A DNA stretch of 64,000 bases from Octopus bimaculoides (Eukaryota). Of the stretch, positions 62,900-64,000 are shown piece by piece. Position 1 is the first letter of the stretch. The number at the start of each line of letters is the position of its first letter. Below the pieces are notes generated by a model. It did no database searches and was not told the origin of the DNA. It saw only the letters and a list, made by a program, of their open reading frames with translations. Where the stretch lies: the NCBI RefSeq assembly GCF_001194135.2, contig NC_069005.1, forward strand, positions 23,573,150-23,637,149, given 5' to 3'. Made by a program: the position numbers and the translations under genes.

Positions 62900-63520
62900 T
62901 ACTTTTGTGAATGTGTTTGCATGTGTGAACATCTGTTTATGTGAGTCTATGAATGTCTGTGCTTGTGTGTGTGCGTGTGAGCGTGCGTATGTGTGTCAGC
63001 GAAAGAATGAGGGTTCGTACGTTTCTGCTTTCGACAGTGTGTGTGCGTGTGTATGTGTGTGTGGTGATGTATGCATGTATATATGCGTATGTATAAGCAC
63101 GTTTATGTCTGTATGAAGGTGTATGCGCGTGTGAGCGTCTGTTTATGTGAGTTTATGCATGTCTGTGCTTGTATGTGTGCATGCGTGTGTATGCATGTGT
63201 GTGTGTATGTGTGAGTATGTATGTCAGTGAAAGAATGAGTGTTTGCACATATGTTCATGACAGTGTATGTGTGATGATGCATATATGTGTGTGTGTGTGT
63301 GTGTATGCATATGTGTAAGTGTGTTTATGTTTGTATGAATTTATGCATGTATGTATTTAAATATGTTTGTGTATGGATATATATATATATATATATATTT
63401 ATGTGTGTGTGTGTGTGCCTATGTAAGTATGTGTGTATGCATATGTATATGTTTTTTTGTATGTAAGTTTATGTGTATGCTTGTATGTATATTTGTGTAT
63501 GTGTGTGTGTGTGTATTTAA
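62900..63520. repeat. (TG/TATG)-rich low-complexity tract
   Basis: Directly visible. Confidence 0.88.
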
Positions 63521-63764
63521 TCAACTACTCAAGAAGAGAGGAACTAGGACATACACAACAAGCTACCTCACAGTCGTTGCTCTTTTAGCCCAGCTTATCC
63601 CTGATCCAGTGAATAAAGGATCAAACTGTTCCAGCCATGACCATCCCACCGGTGAACTTCATTATCTATTATGCCATTTATTTATTTAAAGCAATCAGGT
63701 CTGATTTGAGAGAATTTGGCTGCTATTTCTGACAGGGTTGATGTAGAAGCTCCTTCATGTGGTC

Positions 63765-64000
63765 CTACTGATGATATTGCAGATAACACTGATGATGATG
63801 ATGATGATGATGAATTATATAATGTTGTTATTGTTGTTGATGATGATGGTGGTGGTGGTGTTGTAGATAGTACTGCTGCTGATGATGGTGATGTAGACAT
63901 CACTGTAGTTAACGGTGATGATTTGGAAAGTGTTTAGGATGATGATGATGATGATAGTGATGGTGGTGGTGAGGTTATCTAGTGTTGTTGTTGATGTTGC
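63765..64000. repeat. (GAT/GGT/GTT)n trinucleotide tract
   Basis: Directly visible. Confidence 0.88.

Noticed and set aside
62812-62910. Strong acceptor followed by NLQHVTDTSLHSLS, reminiscent of a cysteine-containing LRR
   Set aside because: The similarity does not extend, there is no good donor, and the frame stops within 33 codons.

Overview
This is eukaryotic, AT-rich draft-assembly DNA with 13 N-gaps, most of them next to (TA)n/(CA)n tracts. The repeat landscape looks like an octopus genome. That assignment is my recognition of the abundant tRNA-headed SINE families and RTE tails, not a database result. I found no confidently identifiable host protein-coding gene. Nearly all ORF-track entries are microsatellite, gap or transposon artefacts, and only a few low-confidence exon candidates remain. 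The window is dominated by mobile DNA: at least four SINE families (labelled A, B, D, E here), RTE, CR1, R4/Dong and Penelope retroelement remnants, three mariner remnants, TTAA-targeting piggyBac-type MITEs, hAT MITEs with 8-bp TSDs, and mini/microsatellites. Several insertions are nested and can be ordered in time. The most notable signal is a set of hammerhead-ribozyme (HHR) motifs. Two are near-complete type I folds of unrelated sequence (73-136 and 60232-60310); both share an extended stem II opened by a non-canonical 10.1-11.1 pair. A third is decayed (31761-31812). Three foldback hairpins (35587-35701, 47046-47236, 52510-52952) are each built on or next to a hammerhead half-motif. Together these suggest Penelope pLTR/retrozyme-like elements that generate inverted duplications. 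Other highlights: a 44-bp target-site duplication around a SINE, a dense GATATC motif cluster near a possible first exon, and a 110-bp satellite carrying a SINE-like motif.
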